64,000 nt of DNA from Vulcanimicrobiota bacterium (lineage in GTDB: Bacteria; Vulcanimicrobiota; Vulcanimicrobiia; Vulcanimicrobiales; Vulcanimicrobiaceae). Location of the stretch: positions 399,172-463,171 of the forward strand of contig CAVZQC010000001.1 of the NCBI GenBank assembly GCA_963777315.1, in the 5' to 3' direction. Below the pieces are notes generated by a model. It made no database searches. It was not told the DNA's origin and saw only the letters and a program-made list of their open reading frames with translations. The position numbers and the translations under genes are program-made. Positions within the stretch are counted from its first letter, which is position 1, and every line of letters begins with the position of its first letter. Shown here one piece after another: positions 1-9,912 of the stretch.

Positions 1-702
1 CCCAGCGATGCGCCGGCCTTGGGCGAAATCGCCGGCAAACGGGTCGCGTTTTTGCCGCGCCACGGAAAGGACCACCGCTTTCCGCCGCATGCCATCAACT
101 ATCGCGCCAACCTGTTCGCGATGAAGGCGTTGGGCGTCAAGCGAATCATCGCCCCGACTGCGTGCGGTTCGCTCAAACCCGAAGTTCGGCCGGGATCGAT
201 GGTCGTCGCGGATCAGATCGTCGATCGAACCACCGCTCGCAAGGATACGTTTTACGACGGTCCCATTACGACGCACGTCAGTTTTGCCGACCCGTACTGC
301 CCCACCATGCGGCCCATCGCGATAAAAGCGCTGCGTTCGCTGGACATCGAAACGCACGAACGCGGCACGATCGTCGTCATCCAAGGCCCTCGCTTCTCCA
401 CCCGCGCCGAATCCCGTTGGTTTTCGGCGGCGGGTTGGGAGGTCATCAACATGACGCAGTATCCCGAATCGTATTTAGCGCGCGAACTGGAGATGTGTTA
501 CGTCAACATCTCGCTTATCACCGACTACGACGTCGGTTTGGAGGGCGCGGGCGGCATTCAGCCCGTCTCGCATCACGAAGTCATCGAGGTCTTCAACAGA
601 AACAACGCCCGCGTCAAGGACGGCATTTTGCGCATAATCGAAGAGCTTGACGTCGACGCCGACTGCGCATGCAGGCACGCCCTGGAAGGAGCTCGAGCCT
701 AA
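1..702 (+). CDS. mtnP: S-methyl-5'-thioadenosine phosphorylase (5' truncated by window edge)
   Basis: FLPRHG, INYRANLFA, IQGPRFSTRAES, VINMT and ITDYD motifs of the MTAP family. Confidence 0.92.
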   Translation, partial: PSDAPALGEIAGKRVAFLPRHGKDHRFPPHAINYRANLFAMKALGVKRIIAPTACGSLKPEVRPGSMVVADQIVDRTTARKDTFYDGPITTHVSFADPYCPTMRPIAIKALRSLDIETHERGTIVVIQGPRFSTRAESRWFSAAGWEVINMTQYPESYLARELEMCYVNISLITDYDVGLEGAGGIQPVSHHEVIEVFNRNNARVKDGILRIIEELDVDADCACRHALEGARA

Positions 703-703
703 G

Positions 704-1414
704 ATGCGCAGACAAGGCTTGGATCCTGCGCTGTACGTCCAAGCGTTTGGGGTGTACGCGCGCAATCTGGGCGTACTGCTCGCGCCGCTTCTGGCAGCGG
801 CGATCGCTCTTGGCCTGGAATATTTGGAAGGTCCGCTCTTCAACCCCATCGGCGGCGCCGGCGACCCGATCGTAGGTTTCATCATCCAAGTGATCCAGGG
901 CTTTGCTTTCGCAATCGCCGTGATATTCGCCGACAGCGCTTGGCACAACGGGCGCGGCGGCTTACGCGCATCCTGGGATCAAGCGCGCCGGCGCGCGGGC
1001 GACATCATCATCGCCGTCATCGGATTTTTCTTTCTGGTATACGTTGCGCAACTCGTCGGCGGGATCATTGGGGGCATCGTTCACCTACCCTACATCGGGT
1101 TGGCGCTGGGAGCGCTCGCGGTGTGGGCGTTCGTCTACGCCATTGCGGCAGCGGCTATTGGGGGCGTTCCGGCCGGCGGTGCATTTTCCACTTCTCTGCA
1201 GACTGCGCGGCGCCATCCGCTTGCAACGGCCATTTTGGTGATCGTCAGTCTGCTCGTGTACTATTACGTCGGCATGATACTTCCGGACCGGCTTGGCCCG
1301 TACTTGGGAGTCGGTTACGACGTTGCGCGCATTTTGCTGGCAGCGCTGGCCACCGGTTACGTTGCGCTCGTCGTGGCGCGCCAGTACGCCGATTTCGCGT
1401 TCAGGCGGTGGTAG
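704..1414 (+). CDS. hypothetical multi-pass membrane protein
   Basis: ATG at 704 just after the MTAP stop; about six hydrophobic segments. Confidence 0.75.
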   Translation: MRRQGLDPALYVQAFGVYARNLGVLLAPLLAAAIALGLEYLEGPLFNPIGGAGDPIVGFIIQVIQGFAFAIAVIFADSAWHNGRGGLRASWDQARRRAGDIIIAVIGFFFLVYVAQLVGGIIGGIVHLPYIGLALGALAVWAFVYAIAAAAIGGVPAGGAFSTSLQTARRHPLATAILVIVSLLVYYYVGMILPDRLGPYLGVGYDVARILLAALATGYVALVVARQYADFAFRRW

Positions 1415-2424
1415 ATCGCGCCGAGGTCACGGCCATGCGCGCGAATTCACCGACGAATGCCGGGCTGACGTTTGTTTGCGCCAGACGCTGGGCGTGACTT
1501 AGCCGCGCAAGCACGCTGCGCGCTCCGTCGGCGGGGATCTCCGGAAGGCGAGTGAGTTCCTTGGCGTAGTCCGCCGCAAGCAGCGGGTGGGTCTTTTCCG
1601 GCCTGCGAAATCGCGATCCAGTCGCGCACGAAGGTCTTGAGAATTTCTAGGCCCTCGTCGAGCGTTTCGCGCGTCGCCCACGTTTGCTGCGGCGAGCGTC
1701 CGCGGGCGGCTTCAAAAAACCAGTCCGCAACCTGATCGCGCAATCCGCGCTCTTGCGTGGAAACCGTCGACAAGGCGCGCGTGACCGAGCCCTGCGAAAG
1801 CGCCGCCGCCAAGCGCGACTGCCTTTCGTCGAAACCTCGCTCGCGCAGAATGCTCGCGACCTGCGCCTGCGCCAACGCCGGAAAGCGGATTTCGATCAGG
1901 CGTGAACGGATCGTGTCCAGCAAACGGGCCGGCGTCGAAGTCGTCAGCAGCAGCAAAACGTTTGCCGGGGGCTCTTCGAAAAACTTGAGCAGCGCGTTTG
2001 CCGCGGCGGCCGAGGCGAACTCGACGTCGCCCAGAACGAATATGCGCAATCCGCCGGCATAGGACTGCAGCGAGAGCTGCCGCACGAGGTCGCGAGACGT
2101 CGTCGACTCAGACTCGTGAAACGCCATCGCTTCGTCGGTCTCGCCGATCTTGAGCGGCCCCGTGCTTTCCAGCAGATCGGGATGGCGCGTTTCTTCTTTG
2201 CCGATGAGCCTGCACGACCCGCACGTTCCATCGTAACCCAATATGCCGTCCGGGTGCGGCGCCCGGCACAGCAGCGATTGCGCCAGCGCGCGCGCGAAGG
2301 TCTTCTTTCCAACGCCTGGCGGACCGCTGAAAAGATAGCCGTGTCCGATCGTCTGCATGGTCAAGCGCGAAAAAAACCGCTTGGCGCCTTCGGCGCCGAC
2401 GACGTCGAACCGCAAGTCGCTCAT
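1401..2424 (-). CDS. holB: DNA polymerase III subunit delta' (frameshift near 1590)
   Basis: HGYLFSGPPGVGKKT, CGSC, AANALLKFFEEPP, TIRSR. A plausible C-terminus (HPLLAADYAKEL...QTNVSPAFVGE...) continues in another frame to TGA at 1401-1403. Confidence 0.88.
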
Positions 2425-3029
2425 GCGATGGCTCGCGAAACGGCGGCCAGGGCCGCCTGCACGACCTCGGCTTGCGGTCGCTCCCCATCGATCGCGACGA
2501 CTCGCGAATCGAGTTCGCTCAATCGCAGAAATCCATCGCGTACCCTGCGATGAAACGCATCGTCCTCCAGTTCGAGCCGATCGTGCTCGTCGCCGCGGCG
2601 AGCGAGCCGCGCGCGCGAAGTCTCATACGAGATGTCGACGAGCAGTACCAGCTCCGGCTCAATGCCGTCGGCGGCGGCCGCGCACACCGAGCGCACCAAC
2701 TCCAGCGGCAGTCCCCGGCCGTATCCTTGATAAGCGAAAGTCGAATGAACGTACCGGTCGCACAGAACGATCGCACCGCGTTCCAGCGCCGGCCGAATGA
2801 CCTGCGCTACCAACTGCGCGCGCGAGGCGTTGATGAGCAGCAGTTCGGTACGAGGATCGATCCGCAGACCGGGCTGCAGAAAAATTTCGCGTACGGCATT
2901 GCCTGCAGGCGTACCGCCTGGCTCGCGCGCGAGCAGCGTTTCGTGGCCGTGCGCTCGCAGGGCCGCCTCCACGTGCGCCATGAGCGTGGACTTTCCGCTC
3001 GCTTCGATGCCCTCGAACGTAATGAACAC
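2421..3029 (-). CDS. tmk: thymidylate kinase
   Basis: GTG start; FITFEGIEASGKST, REPGGT, LCDRY, AYQGYGRG. Confidence 0.95.
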   Translation of the reverse strand: MFITFEGIEASGKSTLMAHVEAALRAHGHETLLAREPGGTPAGNAVREIFLQPGLRIDPRTELLLINASRAQLVAQVIRPALERGAIVLCDRYVHSTFAYQGYGRGLPLELVRSVCAAAADGIEPELVLLVDISYETSRARLARRGDEHDRLELEDDAFHRRVRDGFLRLSELDSRVVAIDGERPQAEVVQAALAAVSRAIA

Positions 3030-3042
3030 TCCAGGCGCGGCG

Positions 3043-4590
3043 TTACGCTTCGGCCGTTTTGAAAATGCGCACGCGGCGATTGGGTTCCAAGCCCGTGCTG
3101 CGGGACTGCAAGCGGTATTTTTCCGCGAGCTGATGCTGCATGCGCCTAACGTAGGAGGTCTGCGGCGACAGTTCGATCGCTTTGCTGTTGAGCAGCACCT
3201 GGTAAATGGCTTCTTCGGTTTCGCGCAGCGCGATCTCCTCGGTGTCGATCGAGGGCAAGTTGAAGACGTCTTTGAGCGAGTTCTGGATCTGCGTCGTCGT
3301 GTTCGTTTTGATGCTGTAGATTGGAATATTTTCCGAAGCGATCTGCTTGAGCTTAGGCTGCTCTTTGCGCTCGAGCGTCTTGAGCGTGAGTACGACGTCG
3401 GCATCGTCCCAGTTGCGAGCGATCCCCGCGTTCAGCCGCAGGTTGTGAATCGCGCGTTCGATTTTGTTGCGCGATACGCCGTATGGAAATATGAGCAGAG
3501 CCTTTTCGCGATCCTCGCGCTCGCCTTCGTCCTCGTGATACGCCGCGGCGGTCAGTTGCGGCATCGATTCCGTGTCGGCCTCCTGAACGATCGCCACTTG
3601 GCCACTCGCGGTGCGCTTGCGCACTTCGGGCTGCGGCTGATACCCGCGGAGCAGCGCGTCGACGACTTCGGCCACGTTCTTGTGGATGGCGACGGTATCC
3701 CGATCGTGGATTTCCACCACGACGTCGAACGTTGGAGGCGCCTTGCGTTCCAGAACGGTCTTGCGGGTGCCGCGGCGACGCGCTTCCTCGTCGGACAACG
3801 TTACCGCGCTGATGCCGCCGACGAGATCGGAGAGCGTGGGGTTCATCAGCAGATTTTCCAACGTCTGGCCGTGCGCCGTTCCGATGAGCGCCACCCCGCG
3901 CTCGGCGATGGTGCGCGCGGCTTCGGCTTCGGCCTGCGTACCGATCTCGTCGATCACCACCACCTGCGGCATGTGGTTTTCGACCGCTTCGATCATGACG
4001 GCGTGCTGAAGCGCCGGGTCCGCAACCTGCATGCGGCGAGCCGAGCCGATGCCCGGATGCGGAATGTCGCTGTCGCCGGCGATCTCGTTGGACGTGTCGA
4101 CGATCACGACGCGCTTGCGATCTTCGGACAGCACGCGCGCGCACTCGCGCAGCATCGTCGTTTTGCCGACGCCCGGCCGCCCGAGCAGACATATCGACTT
4201 GCCGCTGCGCAGAATGTCGAGCAGGATGTCGATCGTTCCGTACACCGCGCGCCCGACGCGGCACGTGAGCCCGACGATTTTTCCCGAGCGCGTGCGAATC
4301 GCGCTGATACGGTGGAGCGTCTGCTCGATGCCGGCGCGATTGTCGGCGCCGAACGCGGACAGGCGCGAGCAAACGTGCGCGACGTCCTCCTGCGTTACGG
4401 CGGTATCGGACAAGTGCGCGAAGTCGTTCTCGAAGCGCGCTTCGGGGGGACGCCCCACGTCTAGCACGACTTCGATTACAGCATCCAGGTTGGGAAGACG
4501 AACGAGCGATTGCCGAATGGGAAGCGGGAGAATGTCCAGGAGTTGGTTGAGCTCCCAATCGGGAGCGAATGACTGAGCTTTAACGGCCAA
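3043..4590 (-). CDS. SpoIIIAA/Ycf45-like AAA ATPase with C-terminal R3H domain
   Basis: GRPGVGKTT, IDEIGT, GTAHG, C-terminal RRMQHQLAEKYRLQSRSTG. TTG at 4590 after GAGGG is the likely start. Confidence 0.88.
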   Translation of the reverse strand: MAVKAQSFAPDWELNQLLDILPLPIRQSLVRLPNLDAVIEVVLDVGRPPEARFENDFAHLSDTAVTQEDVAHVCSRLSAFGADNRAGIEQTLHRISAIRTRSGKIVGLTCRVGRAVYGTIDILLDILRSGKSICLLGRPGVGKTTMLRECARVLSEDRKRVVIVDTSNEIAGDSDIPHPGIGSARRMQVADPALQHAVMIEAVENHMPQVVVIDEIGTQAEAEAARTIAERGVALIGTAHGQTLENLLMNPTLSDLVGGISAVTLSDEEARRRGTRKTVLERKAPPTFDVVVEIHDRDTVAIHKNVAEVVDALLRGYQPQPEVRKRTASGQVAIVQEADTESMPQLTAAAYHEDEGEREDREKALLIFPYGVSRNKIERAIHNLRLNAGIARNWDDADVVLTLKTLERKEQPKLKQIASENIPIYSIKTNTTTQIQNSLKDVFNLPSIDTEEIALRETEEAIYQVLLNSKAIELSPQTSYVRRMQHQLAEKYRLQSRSTGLEPNRRVRIFKTAEA

Positions 4591-4659
4591 TACTGACCCT
4601 CGGCTTCCAAAGCGTTTGCGGCCTTTTTCCCATCGCCGCTGCAACGCCCTGCCGTCCGG

Positions 4660-6150
4660 TCATTCCTTCACCACGCGAATATGCTTGAGCTCGGTGTCGA
4701 ACTGCCCTTGCATACGAACACCCGCTTTGAGTTCCAAACTCAAGTAGTCCAGTATCTCCTGATTGATTTCTTCGCCCGGCGCAATGACGGGAATGCCCGG
4801 AGGATACGGCGAGATCGTCTCGGCGCAAATGCGTCCTTTGCTCTGCTTGAAACGCACGAGTTCCGTATCGGCGAGAAACGCGTCGCGCGGGAGCATGCGC
4901 ATGGCGGGAATCTTCGGCAGCTTGTAACTGCCGGTTTTCAAACGGCGCTCTAAAACTCCCGAGGGTGAGAAGATGTCGATCGGGCGGTCCTCGCGGGCGA
5001 GAAACGCCATCCCTTCCACCAAGCGATCCGCCGCGGCTTGCGAGGTGCCGATCGTAAACAGCGCGACCACGTTGAAGAGATCCGCCAGCTCCACTTGCAC
5101 GTTGTAGCGCCGGCGCAGAATCTCGGAGGCTTCGTAGCCGGTGTAACCGAGGTCTTTGACGGTGATCGCCACCTTGGTCGGGTCCAGGTCGAAGATTCCC
5201 GGTCTGCCCTGCAGTTCTTCGCCGAAACAGTAGACGCCGTCGATGGAATTGAGCTTGCGGCGCGTATCCTCCGCCAGGGCGATCGTGCCCGACAGCAAGG
5301 CCGGGCCTTCGGTCGCCATTTGCTTGCGGGCAACGTCCAGCGAAGCGAGCATCGGAAGATTGGGAGAGGTTGAAAGAAACATTTTAAGCACTGCTTCCAG
5401 CCTGTCTATTCGCACTCGCGGACCGATCTGGTGCAGCATCGCGGCTTGCGAAAACGCCGAAAGCATTTTGTGCGTCGAGTTGATGCACAAATCGGCGCCC
5501 GCCGCAGTGGCCGAGATGGGCAGCGCGGGGTGAAAATGAAAGTGCGGCCCCCACGCCTCGTCGACGAGCACCAGTTTGCCCGCGTCGTGCACGATGCGCA
5601 CGATCGATTCGAGATCGGCAGCGACGCCGTAATAGGTGGGGCTGACGACGTACACCGCTTTGACGTCGGGAAACTCCGCCAGCGTTTGGGCAACCGTTTC
5701 CGGCGTGACGCTGTGATCCATATGAAGCGCTTCGTCGACGACGGGCTGCATATAGATCGGACGCGCGCCGCTCATCACCAAACCGCCAAGCATCGATTTG
5801 TGGGAGTTGCGCGGAACCGCGATCGCGTCGCCCGGGTTCACGGCGGCCATCATCATGCACTGGTTGCCGCTGGTCGAACCGTTTACCAGAAAATAGGAAC
5901 GATCCGCGCCGTAGGCTTGCGCGGCCAGTTGCTGCGCCTCCAAGATCGATTCGGTCGGCTGCAGCAGATCGTCGATGCCGGGCATCGGCGTGAGATCGAT
6001 TGCGCAGATGTTGTCGCCGATGAACTCGCGAAAAGCGCGATCCATGCCGATGCCCTGCTTGTGGCCGGGCGTATGGAACGGGATCACGCCTGCGTCGACA
6101 TATTCGAGCAGCGCTTGGAAATACGGCGTTTTGGTTTGGTCCACGGACAC
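4660..6150 (-). CDS. Arg/Lys/Orn decarboxylase (PLP fold type I; Bacillus SpeA/YaaO-like)
   Basis: FHTPGHK, VNGSTSG, RNSHKS, VDEAWG, STHK (PLP lysine), PYPPGIP. Confidence 0.92.
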   Translation of the reverse strand: MSVDQTKTPYFQALLEYVDAGVIPFHTPGHKQGIGMDRAFREFIGDNICAIDLTPMPGIDDLLQPTESILEAQQLAAQAYGADRSYFLVNGSTSGNQCMMMAAVNPGDAIAVPRNSHKSMLGGLVMSGARPIYMQPVVDEALHMDHSVTPETVAQTLAEFPDVKAVYVVSPTYYGVAADLESIVRIVHDAGKLVLVDEAWGPHFHFHPALPISATAAGADLCINSTHKMLSAFSQAAMLHQIGPRVRIDRLEAVLKMFLSTSPNLPMLASLDVARKQMATEGPALLSGTIALAEDTRRKLNSIDGVYCFGEELQGRPGIFDLDPTKVAITVKDLGYTGYEASEILRRRYNVQVELADLFNVVALFTIGTSQAAADRLVEGMAFLAREDRPIDIFSPSGVLERRLKTGSYKLPKIPAMRMLPRDAFLADTELVRFKQSKGRICAETISPYPPGIPVIAPGEEINQEILDYLSLELKAGVRMQGQFDTELKHIRVVKE

Positions 6151-6154
6151 ACAC

Positions 6155-6290
6155 TCCGTTTGCGGAGGAAAGCGAAAAGGAGAACCGCGCCTTTAGGCGC
6201 GCGAACGACCCTTTGCCGTGTGGCTGTGGTGCGAGATGAGCCACGCCGCCATGCGCAGGGCGGCGCTGAGCGAGGCATGCACTACGCAGC
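6155..6290 (-). promoter_or_regulatory. structured 5' leader of the decarboxylase (terminator-like hairpin, SD-sequestering hairpin, possible uORF)
   Basis: Minus strand: CGCGCC-TAAA-GGCGCG followed by GTTCTCCTTTT; CTCCG-CAAA-CGGAG covers the GGAG SD. Confidence 0.45.
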
Positions 6291-6318
6291 GTCCCGCGAG
6301 GGCAGGCGGTTGCGTCGT

Positions 6319-6963
6319 CTACGGCAGCGGCGCGAACAACCGCGCCGACTGCTCGACCGAAGCTGACTCGTCGGCATCAAACGGCACAATGCCAAGAATG
6401 TGAATTTTTCCCTGCAGCGAGCCTGCGACGTCGGCCGCGTACTGCGCGGGCGAATCTCCCCAGCGGTCCACCAGTACGCAGCCCGCGACTCCGAGCTGCA
6501 GCTGATCGCACAGAGCCAAGGTCAGCAGCGCGTGGTTCATGCATCCCGGCCGCAGCCCGACTACCAGCACGATGCGCAGCTTCGCCAGCACCGCGACCGT
6601 CGAGAAATTCTGATTGCGATTGAGGGGGACCGCCAATCCTGCGTCGCCTTCGGCCACCACGGCCCCCGGAATGGCGGCGATGACGTCGTTGAGATCCTCG
6701 GCGTGAATCGTGGGCGTTCCGTCGGCCAGGGCCGCCGACCATGGGTCGGAGTCCTTGCAGAAACGGGCAAGTTCGACGTGGCGGCTGCACGCGAGCTTGC
6801 CCGCGCGCGCGGCGTCTCCGGGCACGCCCAGTTCCATTCCGGTTTGAACGAGCTTGACCACCGTCGGATCTTCGCCTGCGGTGCGCAGGGCCGTCGCGAG
6901 CGCAGCTGCCACGCGCGTTTTTCCGACGTCCGAGTCGGTTCCGGTAACGAGATAGCGGTGCAT
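6319..6963 (-). CDS. bioD: dethiobiotin synthase
   Basis: LVTGTDSDVGKT, VKLVQTG, GLRPGCMNHALLT. Confidence 0.85.
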   Translation of the reverse strand: MHRYLVTGTDSDVGKTRVAAALATALRTAGEDPTVVKLVQTGMELGVPGDAARAGKLACSRHVELARFCKDSDPWSAALADGTPTIHAEDLNDVIAAIPGAVVAEGDAGLAVPLNRNQNFSTVAVLAKLRIVLVVGLRPGCMNHALLTLALCDQLQLGVAGCVLVDRWGDSPAQYAADVAGSLQGKIHILGIVPFDADESASVEQSARLFAPLP

Positions 6964-6971
6964 GCCCGCCG

Positions 6972-7502
6972 TTACGCTTCGACGCGCTCCTCGATCGAAA
7001 CGTTGTACAGAAAGAGAAATTTATGCCACTCGTCGGGCAGCGTGTTGCGTTTGATCTGAATCCAAGGGATGTACTTGGGATGGCGCGGCTTGCGGCGTAA
7101 TTTCATGTTGCAGTCGGCCGGCGCGCGATTATTTTTCCGATTATTGCAGCGCATGCACGCGCATACCAGGTTTTCCCACGTCGACGGACCGCCTTTGCTT
7201 TTGGGCACGATGTGATCGACGGTCATGAAGCGGTCGCCGCGCACTCCGCAATACTGGCAGGTGTGGTCGTCGCGAATCAAGATGTTCTTTTTCGTCAGCG
7301 CGACTTTTTGCATGGGGCGCCTGATGTAGTAGAGCATGCGGATAATCGACGGCATGCGCATCTCGAAGCTCGTCGAAGAAATGATCCGCTCGCGGCCGTG
7401 CACCAGTTCGGCCTTTCCCGCGAAGATCAATTTGACGGCGCGCTGGAAATTCGTGATGTTGAGCGCTTCGTAGGTGAAATTGAGCACCAGAACGTCGCTC
7501 AT
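6972..7502 (-). CDS. HNH endonuclease family protein
   Basis: RDDHTCQYCG, TVDHIVPKSKGG, WENLVCACMRCNNRK. Confidence 0.9.
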   Translation of the reverse strand: MSDVLVLNFTYEALNITNFQRAVKLIFAGKAELVHGRERIISSTSFEMRMPSIIRMLYYIRRPMQKVALTKKNILIRDDHTCQYCGVRGDRFMTVDHIVPKSKGGPSTWENLVCACMRCNNRKNNRAPADCNMKLRRKPRHPKYIPWIQIKRNTLPDEWHKFLFLYNVSIEERVEA

Positions 7503-7508
7503 GGGAAT

Positions 7509-7799
7509 CTACAGACTCCGCCGGCGCACGAACGCCATCCGGGTTTCCGTCAGCAGCTGCGTGATTGCCAGCCGATCCTGCGGGCCGAGCCGTTCTTTGA
7601 CGCGTTCGAAAGCTGCGCCCGCGACGTCGATGGCCATTCCCGCTGCATCCACGTCGGGCTGTTTACCTTCCTCGACGACCAAGTAGGCATGAGCGGCGAG
7701 CGAAAGGCGAGCGATGAGATCGGTCAGCAGCATCTCGACCGGCGGCATCTGCTCGATTTCGGCCGGTTGCGGATCGTGCGAGGGAGCCTGCGAGCTCAT
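7509..7799 (-). CDS. small helical hypothetical protein (DUF1844-like)
   Basis: ATG at 7799; LAAHAYL...DAAGMAID...LLTETRMAFV pattern. Confidence 0.6.
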   Translation of the reverse strand: MSSQAPSHDPQPAEIEQMPPVEMLLTDLIARLSLAAHAYLVVEEGKQPDVDAAGMAIDVAGAAFERVKERLGPQDRLAITQLLTETRMAFVRRRSL

Positions 7800-7810
7800 A
7801 CTTGGTGGAA

Positions 7811-8455
7811 TTATGCGACGCTGCGCGCCTTCCCTACGCAATTCGAGCGCGCCGCGCGAACCATCTTCAGGAAATACTCGTGCACGCGCGGATCGGCCGT
7901 GAGTTCGGGGTGGAAAGAAGTAGCCAGAACGTTGCGCTCGCGCACCATGACGCCGCGGCCCTCGCGCTCGGCGAGCACTTCCACGCCGCTGCCTGCGCGC
8001 TCTATCCACGGAGCCCGGATGAAGACTGCCGGAAACGGCTTGCTTCCCAGCGCCTCGATCGGCAAGTCGACTTCCGCGGAATGATTTTGACGTCCGAATG
8101 CATTGCGACGCACGGAAATGTCGATGAAGTCGAGCGTGGGCTGCGCCAGCTCTACGACCTCGCGCGCAATGACGATCATGCCCATGCACGTTCCCCATAC
8201 CGGCATTCCTGCGCGAACGCGCTGCGCGATCGGCTCGCCGAGCCCGAAACGGTCGAGCAGCTTCATCACAGTCGTCGACTCGCCGCCCGGAACGATCAGG
8301 CCATCGACGCGATCCAGCTGCGCCGCGCTCTTGAGCGGCACGCAGCGCGCTCCGGCTGCCTGCATAGCGGCAACGTGTTCGACCACGTCGCCCTGAAGCG
8401 CCAAAACGCCGACCGTCGGGCCGTCGTCGTGCTGGGAATGCTGGGCCGAACTCAC
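7811..8455 (-). CDS. pdxT: PLP synthase glutaminase subunit
   Basis: GVLALQGD, PGGESTT, GTCMG, RNAFGRQ, FHPEL. Confidence 0.96.
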   Translation of the reverse strand: MSSAQHSQHDDGPTVGVLALQGDVVEHVAAMQAAGARCVPLKSAAQLDRVDGLIVPGGESTTVMKLLDRFGLGEPIAQRVRAGMPVWGTCMGMIVIAREVVELAQPTLDFIDISVRRNAFGRQNHSAEVDLPIEALGSKPFPAVFIRAPWIERAGSGVEVLAEREGRGVMVRERNVLATSFHPELTADPRVHEYFLKMVRAARSNCVGKARSVA

Positions 8456-8464
8456 GATTGCGTT

Positions 8465-9361
8465 TTAATTGCCCCGCGATGCGAGCAAATCGGAATCCGG
8501 CAGCTTGCGCAGGTCGATGCCTTCCATTGCTTGCGACTCCTTGCCCAGCGATTTGCTGGCCGCCACGACGACGGCCGGATCGCCGTAATGCGTAGTGGCG
8601 TCGACGATGGCTTTTGCGAACGCCTTAGGAGCGTTCGACTTAAAGATGCCGCTGCCCACGAAGATGCCTTCCGCGCCCAGCTGCATCATCAGCGCGGCAT
8701 CGGCCGGCGTAGAAACGCCCCCGGCGCAGAACAGGACCACGGGAAGCTTGGCGTTGCGCGCGACTTCTTCGACCAACTCCAGGGGCGCGCCCAAATCGCG
8801 GGCGCGCGCAACCAGCTCTTGCGCCGGAACGACCGACAGTTCTTTGATCGCGTCGTTAATCGCGCGCATGTGGCGAACCGCCTCGACGATGTTGCCGCTT
8901 CCGGCTTCGCCCTTGCTGCGAATCATCGCCGCGCCCTCGGCAATGCGCCGCAGCGCTTCGCCCAGATCGCGCGCGCCGCACACGAACGGCGTGGTGAAGC
9001 CCTGTTTGTCGACGTGATACTTGTCGTCGGCGGGGGTAAGCACTTCGGACTCGTCGATGAAATCGATGCCGAGCTCTTGGAGCGCTTGCGCTTCGGCAAA
9101 GTGACCGATGCGTACTTTGGCCATGACCGGAACGGTGACGGCGTCCATGATCGACTGTACCAGCTCCAGGTTGCTCATGCGCGCCACGCCGCCGCCGGCG
9201 CGAATGTCGGCCGGAATGCGCTCGAGCGCCATGACGGCGACCGCACCCGCTTCCTGCGCGATTACTGCCTGCTCGGGCGTCACGACGTCCATGATGACGC
9301 CGCCCTTGAGCATTTGGGCTAGGCCGCGTTTGACGGTAACGGTTCCGGTAGTTTGGGTCAT
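8465..9361 (-). CDS. pdxS: PLP synthase lyase subunit
   Basis: [41 protein letters not shown]. Confidence 0.97.
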   Translation of the reverse strand: MTQTTGTVTVKRGLAQMLKGGVIMDVVTPEQAVIAQEAGAVAVMALERIPADIRAGGGVARMSNLELVQSIMDAVTVPVMAKVRIGHFAEAQALQELGIDFIDESEVLTPADDKYHVDKQGFTTPFVCGARDLGEALRRIAEGAAMIRSKGEAGSGNIVEAVRHMRAINDAIKELSVVPAQELVARARDLGAPLELVEEVARNAKLPVVLFCAGGVSTPADAALMMQLGAEGIFVGSGIFKSNAPKAFAKAIVDATTHYGDPAVVVAASKSLGKESQAMEGIDLRKLPDSDLLASRGN

Positions 9362-9420
9362 GCTCGGCGGTTTCTCCTAAAAGTTGCAGTCTTGCATAAG
9401 TGACAATCCGGACGGCAGGT

Positions 9421-9894
9421 CTACGGTTGCGGTGTTCCCCCCGCCGCAGGCGACATGGACGGGCCCGGCACCGGCGTGCCGCTCGCGACGGGCGTGGGCG
9501 TCGGCAGCGGAGCTGCGCGCCGCCAGATCGGCAGATTGAGATTCGGTGTGGGGGTCGCCGTGGGCTGCGGGCGCCGCGGCGCGGGCGTCGCGGTGTATTT
9601 GGGCGCGGGCGGAGCCGTGGGCAACGGTACCGGCGGCACGCGAGGATCGGGAAACGCGGGGTCGGTGGCGGCGCTCATCACGTCGGTACGCTTCCAGTCC
9701 GGCCCATAGGGCGCCGCGCTTTTCTGCACGGGGGCCGGCGTCACCGTTATCGGCGCGATGCTGTCCAGACGCTTTTCCGTAACCTGTCCGATGACCGTGT
9801 CGCCCGCGCGTTCGCCCAGCGCTATTGCGGCAATGAGCACGGCAATGCCCAGCATGAGCACGATGGTCAAAAAGCGTTTGGACGGGTCGGGCAC
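9421..9894 (-). CDS. membrane-anchored Pro/Thr-rich hypothetical protein
   Basis: N-terminal TM segment followed by a PT-rich low-complexity tail. Confidence 0.65.
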   Translation of the reverse strand: MPDPSKRFLTIVLMLGIAVLIAAIALGERAGDTVIGQVTEKRLDSIAPITVTPAPVQKSAAPYGPDWKRTDVMSAATDPAFPDPRVPPVPLPTAPPAPKYTATPAPRRPQPTATPTPNLNLPIWRRAAPLPTPTPVASGTPVPGPSMSPAAGGTPQP

Positions 9895-9912
9895 GGGACG
9901 TTACCAGTACGC

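Noticed and set aside
6972..7502. HNH protein as a homing or defence nuclease
   Set aside because: Housekeeping context, host-like composition, and no methylase, intron or mobile-element signs.
9380..9410. TTGCA repeats upstream of pdxS as a regulator site
   Set aside because: Too short to distinguish from chance, and no PdxR/MocR gene is nearby.
9421..9660. Repetitive GC-rich sequence
   Set aside because: Explained by the Pro/Thr-rich linker of a membrane protein, not a DNA repeat element.
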